Assembly: GCA_002104905.1 (NCBI GenBank)
Contig: MCFE01000133.1
Span: forward strand, 62,001 to 126,000
Direction of reading: 5' to 3'
DNA from: Basidiobolus meristosporus CBS 931.73
Lineage: Eukaryota; Fungi; Basidiobolomycota
Length of the DNA: 64,000 nt
Both the position numbers and the translations under genes were made by a program. Shown one piece after another: positions 62,812 through 64,000 of this stretch. The number at the start of each line of letters is the position of its first letter. Positions within the stretch are counted from its first letter, which is position 1. The notes below the pieces were generated by a model that was not told the DNA's origin, ran no database searches, and saw nothing but the letters and a program-made list of their open reading frames with translations.

Positions 62812-63201
62812 GATGCAGGGAACGTTCGAAGTCCGGACTTCTCTAAGGTACACTGATTATACTAAAATTGAGGGGAACAAGAACTAGTAGACAAAGGGGA
62901 CTCTCTATACGTCTTCGAAAAGGAGGCTGTCTAGGAAAAGTGGGGATTCACGACAGGGACACCGCTAGTATATGTGGTTCTCCAAAGACAAAGGATACGA
63001 CAAAACAACCTTGGCTGCCTGGGATGGTACAGTTATCCGGTATATTCCGCCTGAAAAAAACCACGGATTCCTTCGAATTTTTTTTTAAACCATGTTACAT
63101 TAATTAGTGGGATTTTTTTTCCTTACTGTGTGCTTGGTTTAATGATGTTTGTACATGAAGATAGTTTGATTAACCGATTTTACATGGTAGAATTATTGTG
63201 C

Positions 63202-64000
63202 TTAAACATATATACTAGGTGATCCAGATAAGCCGACTTCTCTGGCTAGTCTATCCCAAATGTGTGTTAAGGGTTTGTGATGTCTATCGCGGCGATCTGT
63301 ACTATCTGGCAAGCTCTGGATCTCAGTAGATTCGGTTGTGCTGGTGTCACGGCGGACCACTTCAGAACTACGTTCCTCGATACTATGGTCGGGAAGCCCT
63401 TGCTGGAAGACGTCTATTGGTGCACTCTGGCCACGATCGATGATCTGCTCTTCGTTGGATAAATGGTTGAGGTGGTTTCTGCGAGAACGGAGCAACCGTC
63501 GTGCAATGTTCAAGTTGGAGAACGGGTGGGCACCACGGTGCGAATGGTCCGGCCGGATATCATCACTACTGACAGCCTGAGAGTCGGCGGGCATCACTGC
63601 AACTTGCTGTGCTTTGGTGTCATCTCTAGAGATCAGAGTGACTTTCTCTCCTTCCCGGTAGAGGCTACTATCATATGGCGCAGTATAGATGACCGCAAAA
63701 TTTGGACCCACACAGTACGGGCAGGTGACAGGGGTTATGGCGTTAGGTCTTTTCATTTGAAGGAAGCATTCTGTGCAGATCGGCTGGTGACAACAACGTG
63801 TATAATTGATATTCTTTGGGTAGTACTGTGAGGAACTTCGATTAGCGATCAGAGTTCATAATGACAGCAGGGCATATTCGGAAAGTTACCAGGAAACAGA
63901 TAGGGCATTCGACAGCATCCTTATACAAGTCCACTGGGTTCAACATGCTCCCATTGAATTTGCTCTTAGCTGTATATCTGACCGGCCTGACTTTGGATGA
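63202..64000 (-). CDS. SIP5: Sip5-like RING-type zinc-finger protein, 3' part (5' end outside the window)
   Basis: Exon 64000-63890, intron 63889-63826 (GTAACT...GCTAAT...CAG), exon 63825-63202. Spliced product reads [34 protein letters not shown]...[13 protein letters not shown], the Sip5 family signature. Confidence 0.8.

Noticed and set aside
62812-63200. RRPE/PAC ribosome-biogenesis promoter motifs upstream of MTR4
   Set aside because: Only generic poly(dA:dT) runs; no exact TGAAAAWTTT or GATGAG match.

Overview
Eukaryotic DNA, almost certainly fungal and probably from an early-diverging lineage (56-64 bp GT-AG introns with CTAAC branch points). Positions 1 to about 59,310 are a gene-free, CpG-depleted block of nested transposons. 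It holds three Ty3/gypsy families: a decayed chromovirus K, family A with 368-bp LTRs, and a young element B. It also holds Ty1/copia families with a Ty5-type half-tRNA primer site (C, C', E and a young non-autonomous F), CACTA-type transposase relics, a 732-bp fold-back MITE and at least six TSD-bounded solo LTRs. From about 59,340 the sequence turns abruptly CpG-rich and carries a complete 4-exon MTR4 gene (1,061 aa, minus strand) and the 3' part of a SIP5-like RING gene. Best leads: (i) a roughly 387-codon extra ORF between integrase and the 3' LTR of element B; (ii) element F, with 99.4% identical LTRs around an eroded non-coding interior; (iii) gene-conversion and templated-insertion tracts between two inverted copia copies; (iv) a CpG-retaining island with two ATCACGTG motifs. 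All alignments and counts were done by eye; no database searches were run.
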